DNA of 64,000 bases from Spirochaetia bacterium. GTDB taxonomy: Bacteria; Spirochaetota; Spirochaetia; SZUA-6; Bin103. The position numbers and the translations under genes are program-made. The stretch covers positions 1,156,109 to 1,220,108 of the forward strand of contig CBDAOI010000003.1 of the NCBI GenBank assembly GCA_965198005.1. Direction: 5' to 3'. Shown piece by piece: positions 1 through 10,642 of this stretch (positions are counted from its first letter, which is position 1; every line of letters begins with the position of its first letter). Below the pieces are notes generated by a model that saw nothing but the letters and a program-made list of their open reading frames with translations, made no database searches and was not told the origin of the DNA.

Positions 1-148
1 GTTCGACTCCACGGCCCGCGGCGGCACCGCGTTCGCGGTAAGCCGTCAACTGCGGCTGCCGTTTTCGTTCGTCGGCACCGGCGAGGGGCTGGGCGATCTG
101 GAACCGTTCGACGCCGCACGGTTCGCTGCCGCGGTCGTCGGGTCGTGA
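1..148 (+). CDS. ftsY: Signal recognition particle receptor FtsY, 3' end (cut by window edge)
   Basis: Frame from nt 2 reads FDSTARGG...FVGTGEGLGDLEPFD*, matching the SRP GTPase C-terminal motifs; TGA at 146-148 overlaps the next GTG. Confidence 0.9.
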   Translation, partial: FDSTARGGTAFAVSRQLRLPFSFVGTGEGLGDLEPFDAARFAAAVVGS

Positions 149-1263
149 GGTTGACCGGCGCCCGGCGCGGGACGCGGAGCGGGCGGCGACTGCCGTTCGC
201 AGCCTGCTTGGCGGCGGCGGCGGTGGCGGGCTGGACGGTCGACTACTTCGAGGCGGACCGGCACGGAACGGCGTTGGCGCCGCTGGCAGCGGAGCGGGCG
301 GAACGGCCCGGCTGGGTGCTGGCGGTGGATTCGCGGGCCGAGGCCGCCGCCGCCGGTCGGCTGGCGCGCCGCCGTCTGCTCCACGGAGGGAGCGTGCTGC
401 AGGAGTGGCGCACCGAGACGGTCGCGCAGGGAACCGTCGAACGTGAGTTCCGGCACGGGCGGGTCGTAGCCGAGCGGCTCCAGGGTCCGGACGGATTGCT
501 GCTCGAGGAGCGTCGTTTTACCCCGGCCGGCGAGCTGCAGCAGCGTAACCGGTGGAGCTACTCCGACGGCGGGCTGCGGCACGTGCAAAGTTTCGACGGC
601 GCCGGCGAGATGATTGCCGCGGCCACGTACGCGCTGAGCACCGCCGGGCGCCTGCGCCACTTCACCCACGCCGCCGGCGGCGTGACGCCGCCGCCCACGG
701 CTGCCGGGCCCGGCCGAGACCCGGACGTCTACGAGTTGAGCCTGGTATTCGCCGCCGGCAACCTGATAGAGCAGCGTCTGGCGTACGGCGGCGCGGAACT
801 CGTGAGGCGGTACCCCGCCGCCGGCCGGCCCGAGGGTGGCCCGGCGCCGGCGGAAGCTGCGTCGACTGCGCCCGAAATCGCAACCGGTACCGAGGTCAGC
901 TACGACGCAGCCGGCCGGGTTGCACGCGTACGGGTATACGCTCGCGGCGCCGACTCTGAGCCCGAGCTGCGGGAAGAACGGATCCACCACTACAACTCGG
1001 AGGGCATGCTGCGCCTGCTGGAGGTGGTGGACGCGCGCGTCGACGGCGCCGGGCGCGAGACCTGGGAGTACGCCTACGGCGCGTCGGGGCGGCTGCTTCG
1101 GGAGGAGTACCGGCGGCGCGGCGCACTGGTGCGCGTGTCCACGTTTCCGACCGAGGAGCAGCGCGTGGACCTGTTCTACCGCCGCGGCCACGCGTTCCTG
1201 CGGCAGGTCTGGCGCGGCGGCGTCAAGCTGAGTGAGGAATTGCTCCCGGAGGCAGCCGGGTGA
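145..1263 (+). CDS. Hypothetical exported protein with YD/RHS-like beta repeats
   Basis: 372-aa ORF with N-terminal hydrophobic segment and YxYD-xxG-like repeats; 4-bp overlaps on both sides. Confidence 0.65.
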   Translation: MRLTGARRGTRSGRRLPFAACLAAAAVAGWTVDYFEADRHGTALAPLAAERAERPGWVLAVDSRAEAAAAGRLARRRLLHGGSVLQEWRTETVAQGTVEREFRHGRVVAERLQGPDGLLLEERRFTPAGELQQRNRWSYSDGGLRHVQSFDGAGEMIAAATYALSTAGRLRHFTHAAGGVTPPPTAAGPGRDPDVYELSLVFAAGNLIEQRLAYGGAELVRRYPAAGRPEGGPAPAEAASTAPEIATGTEVSYDAAGRVARVRVYARGADSEPELREERIHHYNSEGMLRLLEVVDARVDGAGRETWEYAYGASGRLLREEYRRRGALVRVSTFPTEEQRVDLFYRRGHAFLRQVWRGGVKLSEELLPEAAG

Positions 1264-2612
1264 ATCGGTGGACCCGGTCCCACCTGCGCCTGATCGTGCA
1301 GGTCGGCGCGCGCCATCTCGGGCTGACCCGCGGGGGCCTGCAGGTGGCGCCGCTGCTCGCCGTGGCGGGCGTCGCCATCGGTACGGCGACGCTGCTGGTG
1401 GTGCTGGCGGTCATGAACGGCTTTCAGCTTGGCTCCATCGAAGCGATCCTCGAGGTCGGTTCCTACCACGTCCGCGTTACCACGGAGCCCGCAGCCGCCG
1501 CCGATCCGGAGCTGCGCGCCCGCTTGGCTGCCGTGGACGGCGTCACGTCGGTGGTGCCGTTCAGCGAGTTCCCGGCCCTGGCGCGCGGCGCCCAACGGAT
1601 GGCCGGACAACGCCCGGCACGCGGACTTCTGGTGCGGGTGCTGCCGCCGGACGTGCTCGACCTCGATCCCGAGTTCGCACGCCGGGTCGCGCTGGTCGCC
1701 GGCACCTTCGAGCTCGATTCCCCCGGGGCGATCGTCATCGGCGCGGAACTGGCGGCCCGCCTCGGCGTGCTGCCCGGAGATCCGGTGGAGGTCGTCACGC
1801 TCGGCGACGACGCACTGCGCGTCGGACCGGGCGCCACCCTCCAGCCGCGCCGGGCGGAATGGCGCGTGCGCGGCGTATTCCGCAGCGGTCACTACGATTA
1901 CGACCTCAGGCGGGCGTTCATCGGTCCGTTCACCGCGCGCACGCTGGTCGACGACCTGCCGGTGACGCTGGGGATCAAGCTGGACAACCGGTTTCACGAC
2001 CGGACCGCGGCCGCGGCGTTGGCTGCGGCGCTCCGGGGCCGCGCTCCGGGCTCCGAGGTGGAGTCGTGGCGCAGCTTCAACCGCGCGCTGTTCGGGGCGT
2101 TGCGCGTAGAGAAGCTGCTGCTGAGCACCATTCTGGGTCTGATTTTCGTGGTGGTGGCCTACAACGTTCTGCAGGGATTGCGCCGGCGGGTGGTGGAACG
2201 AAGCGCCGAGATCGGCCTGCTGCGCGCCCTGGGGGCGCCACCCTGGGTGGTGCGCGGCGTATTCCTCTGGGAAGGGACGGTGCTCGGCCTCGGCGGGGCA
2301 GTCGTGGGCACCACGCTCGGATTGCTGCTGGCGCAGAATATCGGCGTGTTGTTCACGGTGCTCGAAACGGTGGCCAACGCCGCGTTGGCATTGGCGGCGG
2401 CGGTCGGCGGCGCGCCCGGCGGCGCGCGCACGGTCTCGATCTTCTCGCCCGTGACGTTCTACATCACCGACGTGCCGACTCGCCTGATCCTGGTCGAGGT
2501 GCTGCTGGTGGCGGCGTTCGCGGTGGCGGCGCCGGCGTTGTCCGGCGCGCTGGCGGCAGTGCGCGCGGCGCGCGTGGCGGCGGTCCAGGTGCTGCGGTCG
2601 GGGGCCGAATGA
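1260..2612 (+). CDS. LolC/E-family (MacB/FtsX) ABC permease
   Basis: GVAIGTATLLVVLAVMNGF and EIGLLRALGA motifs. Confidence 0.9.
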   Translation: MNRWTRSHLRLIVQVGARHLGLTRGGLQVAPLLAVAGVAIGTATLLVVLAVMNGFQLGSIEAILEVGSYHVRVTTEPAAAADPELRARLAAVDGVTSVVPFSEFPALARGAQRMAGQRPARGLLVRVLPPDVLDLDPEFARRVALVAGTFELDSPGAIVIGAELAARLGVLPGDPVEVVTLGDDALRVGPGATLQPRRAEWRVRGVFRSGHYDYDLRRAFIGPFTARTLVDDLPVTLGIKLDNRFHDRTAAAALAAALRGRAPGSEVESWRSFNRALFGALRVEKLLLSTILGLIFVVVAYNVLQGLRRRVVERSAEIGLLRALGAPPWVVRGVFLWEGTVLGLGGAVVGTTLGLLLAQNIGVLFTVLETVANAALALAAAVGGAPGGARTVSIFSPVTFYITDVPTRLILVEVLLVAAFAVAAPALSGALAAVRAARVAAVQVLRSGAE

Positions 2613-3298
2613 TCGGGACTGAAGTGGCGGTGGGGATCGACGTAGCGGCGCTCTGGAAGCGCTACCGCAGCGCTGCCGGCGCACTCACCGTGCTGCGCGG
2701 GCTCGATCTCAGCCTTGAGCCCGGACGGACGGTGGCGATCACCGGCGAGAGCGGATCGGGCAAGAGCACGCTGTTGAACATAGTGGCCGGTCTGGATCAC
2801 TTCGGACCGGGAACGGTACGGGTCGGCGACGATGAGCTGGGAACACTCGACGAACGGGGACTGGCGCGCTATCGCCGTTCCCTCGGGCTGATATTTCAGT
2901 TCCACCATCTGCTCCAGGACTTCGACGCCACCGAAAACGTGCTCCTGCCCGGAGTAATGGGCGGCATGGCGCGCGCCGCCGCGCGCCGCCGCGCGCGTGA
3001 CCTCCTGGATGCGGTCGGGCTGCGCGACCGCGCGCACCACTATCCGGCGGAGCTTTCGGGCGGCGAGCGCCAGCGGGTCGCGGTGGCGCGGGCGGTGGCA
3101 GGAGATCCCGCCCTGGTGTTGGCCGATGAACCGACCGGGAACCTGGATGAGCGCAATTCGCGGGTCGTGGCGGACCTCCTGTTCGAGCTGGTCCGGAGTC
3201 ACGGCACTACGCTGGTGCTGGTGACCCATGACCCGGCGCTGGTGGCGCGGGCCGACCGCGCCTACCGGCTCACCGGCGGCATCCTGGTGCCCGCATGA
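2609..3298 (+). CDS. lolD: Lipoprotein-releasing ABC ATPase LolD
   Basis: GESGSGKS, LSGGERQR, LADEPTGNLD; ATG at 2609 overlaps the upstream stop (ATGA). Confidence 0.9.
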   Translation: MIGTEVAVGIDVAALWKRYRSAAGALTVLRGLDLSLEPGRTVAITGESGSGKSTLLNIVAGLDHFGPGTVRVGDDELGTLDERGLARYRRSLGLIFQFHHLLQDFDATENVLLPGVMGGMARAAARRRARDLLDAVGLRDRAHHYPAELSGGERQRVAVARAVAGDPALVLADEPTGNLDERNSRVVADLLFELVRSHGTTLVLVTHDPALVARADRAYRLTGGILVPA

Positions 3299-4695
3299 CC
3301 CGGCACGCGCTGGCGGCGCGGTGGGGGAGCTGGCGGTTGCTGCCGCGTCTCGCATGGCGCTACCTGGTGCCGAGCCGCACGGCTGGAGGCACCGGTGCCT
3401 ATCTGGTCGGATCCGTGTTCGGCATCGGCCTCAGTCTGGTGCCGCTGATCATGGTGATGGAAGTGTCCGACGGCCTGATCGAGGGAATTACCCGTCGCTA
3501 TCTGGAAGTCGGCACCTACCACCTGCAGGTCGGGTTGCCGTTCGGAGCCGGATCGGACCCGGCGGCCCGCGCGCGCGTGCTGGACGACCTCGCGCGGCGG
3601 CTGGAGCAGACCCTCGGCCCGGGCACGATCGCGGTGCGGGAGCGGCAGGGGATAGCGCTGGCTGCCGCCGGCCCGAAGCGGGCCGTGGTCACGGTGCGTG
3701 CCGTGCCGCCGGACCAGTACCGGCGCGATCCGGGACTGCGCCGTTATCTGGAATTGACCGCCGGTGTGTTCGACGTGGCGGACAGGGGGGTCATCCTCGG
3801 CCGGGCGGTAGCGCACGAGCTTGGCGCTGCGGTGGGTGACCGGCTCGTCATCGTGACCGCGCTCGACCGGGGCGGGGCCGCTCTGGTGCCGAAGCCCACC
3901 CGGCTGGAGGTGCGGGGAATCGTGGGTTCCGGGTACCAGGAGCTGGACCAGGTGTGGGTCTACGTCGGCCACGAGACCGGTGACGGGATGTTGCCGCCCG
4001 GATCCAGCCGCGACTTCATCGGACTCAAGATCGACGATCCGTTTGCGGACCTGACGGAGGTGACGGCCCGGGTGCAGGCCGTCGCCGGCGCCGGATATCC
4101 GGTCTACTCCTGGCAGCAACTGGAGCGTGCGACCTATGACTCGTTCGCCACCAGCCGGGCATTGCTAATGCTGATCATGTCGTTGATCGTCGCCGTGGCG
4201 GCCATCAACGTCGCTTCCGCCACGGTGACGGTAGCGCTTGCGCGGCGCCGGGAAGTGGCGTTTCTCAAGAGCCAGGGACTGCCCCCCGGCGTAGTGTTCT
4301 GGTCGCTGACGCTGACCGGGATGTTGGCGGGGGCGCTGGGGGCCGTGGTGGGCATCGCCGGCGGTCTGGTGGCGGCTCTCAACGTCAACGAGATCGTCAC
4401 GGGGGCGGAGGCGGTCGCCACGCTGGTGCGCGATTCGCTGGTTCCGGCAGCAGCTTCGTCGGCGGGCGCGGGCGGCCGGGGGGCGGCCGGAAGGGTGGTG
4501 CTGATCGACCGCGAGTTCTATCTGGAACACATCCCGATCGACGTCGAGGCGGCCAAACTGTGGCTGGTGGCGGCGGCCACGGTCGCTTTGGCGGGGTTGG
4601 CGGCCTCGGTGCCCGCGGCCCGCGCGGCCCGGCGCCGGCCGGTCGAAGTGCTGCGCCGGTCGCTGCTGGCGGGCCTTGAACGCGCCGATGCCTGA
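3295..4695 (+). CDS. LolC/E-family ABC permease
   Basis: FtsX-type C-terminal TM block (IVAVAAINV...REVAFLKSQG); flanks lolD. Confidence 0.88.
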   Translation: MTRHALAARWGSWRLLPRLAWRYLVPSRTAGGTGAYLVGSVFGIGLSLVPLIMVMEVSDGLIEGITRRYLEVGTYHLQVGLPFGAGSDPAARARVLDDLARRLEQTLGPGTIAVRERQGIALAAAGPKRAVVTVRAVPPDQYRRDPGLRRYLELTAGVFDVADRGVILGRAVAHELGAAVGDRLVIVTALDRGGAALVPKPTRLEVRGIVGSGYQELDQVWVYVGHETGDGMLPPGSSRDFIGLKIDDPFADLTEVTARVQAVAGAGYPVYSWQQLERATYDSFATSRALLMLIMSLIVAVAAINVASATVTVALARRREVAFLKSQGLPPGVVFWSLTLTGMLAGALGAVVGIAGGLVAALNVNEIVTGAEAVATLVRDSLVPAAASSAGAGGRGAAGRVVLIDREFYLEHIPIDVEAAKLWLVAAATVALAGLAASVPAARAARRRPVEVLRRSLLAGLERADA

Positions 4696-5022
4696 CCGGC
4701 GCCGGCCGGCTGACCGGTTTGCCGGCCACCGGGAATTTGGGGATACTAATGGATGAGCGGTGACACGATCATCCCACCGGTGCCGGCTGCCGATATACGG
4801 GAAACAGGAGCGGTGCCGTGGCGCGCAGCAGGCCCGTGTCGGGCGCCGCAGGGGTTTCCTGTCCGCGGCCTCCGCGGATACACTGGGCCGCGGGAGGCGG
4901 CTGCTTGACGCGGCTGCCTGCTGTTGATTCTCTGTTCGTGTACGTGAAGGAGCTGTTCAAGGTGGCAACACAAAGTAATCGGTCGGAACAGTGCCCGACT
5001 ACGGTACGAGCGGTGTCGGACG

Positions 5023-7569
5023 ATGTTTAAGGGTCTGACACAGCGGGCGCAGAAGGTGCTCGGCATTCTCGCTCAGGAAGAGGTCAAGCGGTTCCACTCG
5101 GAGCAGCTGCTGCCGGAGCATCTCATTCTGGCGCTGCTCAAGGACGGCGAGGGCGTGGCGGTCAAGGCGCTGCAGCGCGTCAAGATCAACGTGGCCGAGA
5201 TGCGCAGCGAGATCGAGCGTGTCCTTCCCCGCGGCAAGGGCGGGCTCATTCTCGGCGACGTGCCGCTGTCCAAGCGGGCCAAGCACGTGCTGGATGGCTC
5301 CGCCGACGAGGCCCAGAGCATGGGCCACGAGTACGTCGGCACCGAGCACTTCCTGCTCGCCGCGGCGCGTGAAAACAATGCGGTCGTGGTCCGCCACCTG
5401 GAGAATTGCAACGTAACGCCCAACATGCTGCGCGAGGCGATTATCCGGATCAACGGAATCGGCGCCGTGCGGCAGTCCGGCGGCAGCGGCAGTGGCCAGC
5501 GCCGCCGGCAGTCGTCGACCCGGAAGCCCACGCCCACGCTGGACGAATTCAGTCGTGACCTTACCAGCTTGGCGCGGGAGGGGAAGCTCGATCCGGTCAT
5601 CGGCCGGGCGCAGGAGATCCAGCGCGTGATCCAGATCCTGGCGCGGCGCACCAAGAACAATCCCGTGCTGATCGGCGAGCCGGGCGTGGGCAAGACCGCG
5701 ATCGTGGAGGGGCTGGCGCAGAAGGTGGTGAACGGCACCGCCCCCGACGTCCTGCATGCGCGCCGGGTGCTGACCCTGGACCTCGCGTCGCTGGTGGCGG
5801 GGACCAAGTATCGCGGCGAGTTCGAGGAACGCCTCAAGCGGGTGATGAGGGAGATCATCGGAGCCGGCAACGTGGTGCTGTTCATCGACGAGTTGCACAC
5901 CATCATCGGAGCGGGCGGCGCCGAGGGTGCGATAGACGCGTCCAACATGCTCAAGCCGGCCCTCTCGCGCGGTGAGCTGCAGTGCATCGGCGCTACCACC
6001 CTCAACGAGTTCCGCAAGTACATCGAGCGGGACGCAGCTCTCGAGCGCCGCTTTCAGGCCGTGTTCGTGGACGAACCCGAGGTGGAGGACACCATCGAAA
6101 TCCTCAAGGGGATCAAGGACCGCTACGCCGAGCATCATCAGGTGGTGTACACCTACGAGTCGCTGGAATCGGCGGCCCAGCTCTCGCAGCGGTACATCGC
6201 CGACCGTCACCTGCCGGACAAGGCTATCGACCTGCTGGATGAGGCAGGCGCCCGCAAGCGAATCGACAACAGCGTGCGCCCCAAGGAGCTGACCGATCTC
6301 GACGAGCAGATCGAGCGTCTCACCATCGAAAAGACCAATCTGGTAAACGGCCAGAACTACGAGCGGGCTGCCGCGGTGCGCGACCAGGTGCGTCAGCTCA
6401 AGGGCGAGCTGGACAAGCGCAAGAAGGAGTGGGAGAAGACGATGAAGTCCGAGCAGCGTCTGGTGGATGTCGAGGACATCCAGCAGGTGATCTCGGGCAT
6501 GACGGGGATCCCGCTGGCGCGCATCGTGCAAACCGAGTCCGAACGGCTGCTTAATATCGAGGAGGAGTTGCACAAACGGGTGGTTGCACAGAACGAGGCG
6601 ATCGCGGTGATCGCGGCGGCGATCCGCCGGTCGCGCACCGGCCTGTCGTCGCCGCGCCGGCCGCTCGGGTCGTTCGTGTTCCTCGGCCCGACCGGGGTGG
6701 GGAAGACGCTGGTCGCCAAGACCCTCGCCGAGTTCCTGTTCGGCAACGAGGACGCACTGGTGCGCATCGACATGTCCGACTTCATGGAGAAGCACAACCT
6801 GTCGCGGCTGGTCGGAGCGCCGCCGGGGTACGTCGGCTACGAGGAGGGCGGCATGCTCACCGAGCGCATCCGACGCCGGCCGTACAGCGTCATTCTGCTC
6901 GACGAGATCGAGAAGGCCCACCCGGACGTGTTCAATCTGCTGCTGCAGGTGCTCGAGGAAGGTCAACTCCAGGACCAGCTCGGTCACACCGTGTCGTTCC
7001 GCAACACGGTGCTGATCATGACGTCGAATGCCGGTGCGCGCGAAATCAGTACCGATACCTCGCTCGGCTTCCAGACCGGCTCCGGCGGCAAGGAATTCAA
7101 GGAGATTCGCGCCTACGTGCTGGCAGAGATGAAGCGGCTGTTCAGTCCCGAGTTTCTCAATCGCATCGACGAATCGGTCGTCTTCCATTCGTTGAGCAAG
7201 CCGGAACTGGAGCGCATCCTCGAACTGGAGTTGAACGACGTGCGCGGGCGCTTGGCGGATCAGGAGATCAGTCTGGAGATGCGCAAGGACGCCTGTGAGT
7301 ATCTGATGGAGAAGGGCTACGATCCCAAGTACGGCGCGCGGCCGTTGCGTCGGGTGTTGCAGAAGGATATCGAAGATCCGTTGTCGCTGGACATTCTCAA
7401 GGGCCGGTTCCTGCCGGGCAGCACCGTGGTCGGCCATATGCGGGACGGCAAGCTCAACTTCCGCCGCAAACGGAGCAGTCCAGGCCGGAACAACAGCAGC
7501 GGCTCGGGCGGAGAACGCAGCCGGAGCGGCAAGTCCGCCGAGTTGGTAGCCTCCAGCGCCCGGTCTTAG
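5023..7569 (+). CDS. clpC: ATP-dependent Clp protease ATPase subunit ClpC
   Basis: Clp N-domain repeats, two AAA+ modules ([16 protein letters not shown]), UVR-type middle domain, GARPLRR. Confidence 0.95.
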   Translation: MFKGLTQRAQKVLGILAQEEVKRFHSEQLLPEHLILALLKDGEGVAVKALQRVKINVAEMRSEIERVLPRGKGGLILGDVPLSKRAKHVLDGSADEAQSMGHEYVGTEHFLLAAARENNAVVVRHLENCNVTPNMLREAIIRINGIGAVRQSGGSGSGQRRRQSSTRKPTPTLDEFSRDLTSLAREGKLDPVIGRAQEIQRVIQILARRTKNNPVLIGEPGVGKTAIVEGLAQKVVNGTAPDVLHARRVLTLDLASLVAGTKYRGEFEERLKRVMREIIGAGNVVLFIDELHTIIGAGGAEGAIDASNMLKPALSRGELQCIGATTLNEFRKYIERDAALERRFQAVFVDEPEVEDTIEILKGIKDRYAEHHQVVYTYESLESAAQLSQRYIADRHLPDKAIDLLDEAGARKRIDNSVRPKELTDLDEQIERLTIEKTNLVNGQNYERAAAVRDQVRQLKGELDKRKKEWEKTMKSEQRLVDVEDIQQVISGMTGIPLARIVQTESERLLNIEEELHKRVVAQNEAIAVIAAAIRRSRTGLSSPRRPLGSFVFLGPTGVGKTLVAKTLAEFLFGNEDALVRIDMSDFMEKHNLSRLVGAPPGYVGYEEGGMLTERIRRRPYSVILLDEIEKAHPDVFNLLLQVLEEGQLQDQLGHTVSFRNTVLIMTSNAGAREISTDTSLGFQTGSGGKEFKEIRAYVLAEMKRLFSPEFLNRIDESVVFHSLSKPELERILELELNDVRGRLADQEISLEMRKDACEYLMEKGYDPKYGARPLRRVLQKDIEDPLSLDILKGRFLPGSTVVGHMRDGKLNFRRKRSSPGRNNSSGSGGERSRSGKSAELVASSARS

Positions 7570-7600
7570 CGCCCCAAAGCCGCCGCCGGGGGCGACGCTC

Positions 7601-10600
7601 GTGGCCCATCCCGTCCGCGCGGACAACGGTCGGCCGGTGACGGCGCGCGGGCGGGCGGGCGCGCGCGGATCCGTGAGCCTGATCCTGGCGCTGGCCGGCT
7701 CGGTGATGCTCGGCGCTCAGGTGCGGGCGCTGCTGGACGCGGGCACCTCCGCGTTCGAAACCGGGCGGTACGAGGCTGCTGCACGGAGCTTCGCCGAGGT
7801 TCCGGCGCGCGCGCCCGATGGGCGCGAAGCGGTGACCGCTTCGTTCCTGGAGGCGCTGAGCCTGTTCTATGCCGGCGATGCCACCGCCGCCCGGCAGCGG
7901 CTGGAAGCGCACCGGCGGCGCTTCAGCGATTCCCCCTACGACGATCAGATCTGGTACTGGATCGGTGCCGCGGCGCTGGCGGACGGCGATGCGGCAGCCT
8001 CCCTGGCCGCGTTGGAGCGGCACTTGCACCAGCCCGCCGGTTCCGCTCGCGCGACTCCGCCACCGTTCGCGGTGCAGGCGTGGGACACGCGCGCGCGGGC
8101 GCTGGAGCGGCTCGGGCGGACACGGGAGGCGCTCGACCTGTACGAGCGACTGCTGGCCGGGGAGGTGGCCGCGGCCGGCGCTACGGCGGTAGACGGCGCT
8201 GCCCGCGCGCGCTGGCTCGCGCGGGCAGGAGCGCTGCTGCTCGAAGCCGAGCGTTACACCGCGGCGGCGGAGCGCTACCGCCGCATCGTTACGGAGTTTC
8301 CTTCCACGCCGGCGGCGCCGGAGGCGTTGTTTTTCCTGGCCGAGGCCGAGTACTTCGCGGGCGACGCGGCGGCCGCCGCGGTCCGGTACGAGCGCTACCT
8401 CGAGTACTATCCAGGCGCCGCGCATCGGGTAGCGGCCGGCTACCGGCTGACCCGAATCGCGCTCGAAACGGGCGATCCGGCCGGCGCGCACGGCGCGTGG
8501 CGGCGGCTTGCGGCGGAACCCGCGGCCGCGGCCTACGATCCGGTGGCGCTGGCCGCCCTGGCCGGCGACGTGCACGCCGCCGGCGGCGACTGGACGGGAG
8601 CGGCAGCCGCGTATCGCGCAGGGCTGGCCGCCGATCCGACTTCCAGGCAGCAGCAGGTACTGGCGTTGAACCTGGCGGTGGCGCTGGTCGGGAACGGCTC
8701 CCCGGCGCAGGCGGCAGCGGTATTCAGGCGGGCCGCCGAAGGACCCGATCCGGCGCTGGCCGAGACCGCGTCGTACCGGCACGCGCTGCTGCTCGTGCGG
8801 CAGGGTCGGCTGGAGGAGGGCGCCGCGGTGCTGGCTCGGTTCCTCGACCGCTACCCCGGAAGCGTCCGCGCCGGGGAAGCGGAGGGGCTCCTGATCGAGG
8901 TGCGCCAGCGGACAGGCGACCACCAGGCGTTGCTGCAAACGCTGGATCGGCTGGCGCGGCGGCGCCGGCTGACCCCGGCCGAAGAGCAGCGGCGGGGACT
9001 CGCACTGCTGCGCGTGGGTGACGCCAGCGCGGCCCTGGCGGCGCTGGCGAGCAGCGCGTCCGCTTTGCCGGCGCCGGCCCAGGCGGAGAGTCGGTACGCG
9101 ATCGGCGCGGTGTATGGCCGGCGTGGCGAGCACGCGCGCGCGGCGCCCTACTTTGCCGCCGTCCATGCCGACCCCGCGGCCGCGCTCGAACTGCGGCAGC
9201 GCGCCGCGTATGCGCTGGCGATCACCCACTTCAACGTAGGAGAATACGACGCCGCCCTGGAGGTACTGGGTGAGCTCACCGGCGATGCCGCGGCTGCGGG
9301 AGCCGGAGCGGCCGGCCGATGGCGGGGTGCGGCGGAGTTCGCCACGGCCGCCGCATTCTACCGCCTGGGCCGGGTGGAGGAGGCAGCGCGCCACTTCGAC
9401 CGCGCCGCGGCGGCCGCCGGCGGTGAGGCTGCCCCCGTAGCCGGGTCCGAGCTGGGGTTGGCCGCTGCCGCCCGGAGTTGGGGAGCGCTGGCCCTGTTGC
9501 AGAGCGGTGCCCTGGAGCCGGCGCGCGCGTTGCTGCGGGAACTGGCGTCTGCGTCTTCGTCCGCGTTGCACTGGTATCGCGCCGGTCTGGCATCGGGGCT
9601 GCTGGAAGACTACGCCGCCGCCGAACGGGAGTTCGCGGCCGCGCTGGCTGCCACCGAGGCCACCGATCCCTTGCGCGCGGAGATTCTCTACGAGGTAGCG
9701 CGGCTCCATCTGGCGCGCGGCGACCCGGCTGCTGCGGAAGACGCGCTCGGGCGGCTGGAGCGTGCCGCTTCCGGCCAGCGGCTGGCGGCGGCGGGCCGCC
9801 TGCTGCAGGCCGACACCCTGCGCGACCGGGGCCTGCTGCGCGCGGCGGCGGCCGCATATCAGGCCCTGGCGGAACGCATGAGCCGGCCGGATGCGCGCGG
9901 CGACCTTGAACTGGCGGAGTTGGCCCGGTTCTTGGCAATCGAGGCGCTGGCGGACGCCGATGGACCGGTCGCGGCACTGGACCACGCCTGGGAATACCTG
10001 ACGCGTGATCCGGGCGCGGTCCGCACCGCGCGGGTCGCGGCGTTGTTGCGGGCGGGGCTGGTGGCGGCGCCGCCCGCTACCGCCCGCAAGTTCTACAGTC
10101 GGGTACGCGCCGCTCGCACCGGAGCGGCGCAGCCGCTGCCGCCCGTCCTGATCGAAACCGTGCACTTGGCCTACGCCGAGGTATGGTTGGCGCAGGAGCC
10201 GGCCCGAAGTGAGCGGCTGTTGCGCGCTCTGCTGACGGGACCGCACAGCGCCGGCACCCGGCTGGAGGCGTCCCTTCTGCTTGGGCGCGCCTACGAGGGG
10301 ATGCGGCGCTGGCAGCAGGCGGCCGATCTGTACGCCGGCCTGGCGTCAAGCGAGGAGACCGCGGTGGCGGCGCGCGGCGCGCTCGGCGTGGCCCGGGTAC
10401 TGGCGCTGGCCGGGGACCCGGCCGCCGCGGCGCAGGAGTACGAGGCGGTCGCGATTCGGTTCGAGGAGCTGCCCGAGGTGGCCGGGGAAGCGTGGTTTCG
10501 CGGCGCGGCCGCGCACCGCGCGGCCGGCAACCTGGAGGCGGCGGCGCGGTTCACCGCACAGTTGCGGGCGCGCCTCCCCGACTCGGGCTGGGCCCGGCGC

Positions 10601-10636
10601 GCGCGGGGGGAGGTCGAGGTCGGCCCCGACCCGTGA
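7601..10636 (+). CDS. Large tetratricopeptide-repeat protein, probably exported
   Basis: 1011-aa Ala-rich ORF with many TPR/BamD-like repeats and an N-terminal hydrophobic stretch; start uncertain. Confidence 0.8.
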   Translation: MAHPVRADNGRPVTARGRAGARGSVSLILALAGSVMLGAQVRALLDAGTSAFETGRYEAAARSFAEVPARAPDGREAVTASFLEALSLFYAGDATAARQRLEAHRRRFSDSPYDDQIWYWIGAAALADGDAAASLAALERHLHQPAGSARATPPPFAVQAWDTRARALERLGRTREALDLYERLLAGEVAAAGATAVDGAARARWLARAGALLLEAERYTAAAERYRRIVTEFPSTPAAPEALFFLAEAEYFAGDAAAAAVRYERYLEYYPGAAHRVAAGYRLTRIALETGDPAGAHGAWRRLAAEPAAAAYDPVALAALAGDVHAAGGDWTGAAAAYRAGLAADPTSRQQQVLALNLAVALVGNGSPAQAAAVFRRAAEGPDPALAETASYRHALLLVRQGRLEEGAAVLARFLDRYPGSVRAGEAEGLLIEVRQRTGDHQALLQTLDRLARRRRLTPAEEQRRGLALLRVGDASAALAALASSASALPAPAQAESRYAIGAVYGRRGEHARAAPYFAAVHADPAAALELRQRAAYALAITHFNVGEYDAALEVLGELTGDAAAAGAGAAGRWRGAAEFATAAAFYRLGRVEEAARHFDRAAAAAGGEAAPVAGSELGLAAAARSWGALALLQSGALEPARALLRELASASSSALHWYRAGLASGLLEDYAAAEREFAAALAATEATDPLRAEILYEVARLHLARGDPAAAEDALGRLERAASGQRLAAAGRLLQADTLRDRGLLRAAAAAYQALAERMSRPDARGDLELAELARFLAIEALADADGPVAALDHAWEYLTRDPGAVRTARVAALLRAGLVAAPPATARKFYSRVRAARTGAAQPLPPVLIETVHLAYAEVWLAQEPARSERLLRALLTGPHSAGTRLEASLLLGRAYEGMRRWQQAADLYAGLASSEETAVAARGALGVARVLALAGDPAAAAQEYEAVAIRFEELPEVAGEAWFRGAAAHRAAGNLEAAARFTAQLRARLPDSGWARRARGEVEVGPDP

Positions 10637-10642
10637 GTGCGG

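Noticed and set aside
145-1263. RHS/YD polymorphic toxin
   Set aside because: It is short, lacks an RHS core end motif or toxin tip, and sits in housekeeping ftsY-lol synteny.
1232-2608. 688-aa ORF suggesting a long N-terminal extension on LolD
   Set aside because: The extension overlaps the permease in another frame; ATG 2609 with an ATGA overlap is the plausible start.
4696-5022. Small ORFs or CtsR/CIRCE elements upstream of clpC
   Set aside because: No recognisable protein motif or convincing operator consensus.
4999-7626. Long antisense ORFs (also 15014-17857, 21139-23568, 44667-46904, 61155-63773)
   Set aside because: These are shadow frames of well-supported genes, expected in high-GC DNA.
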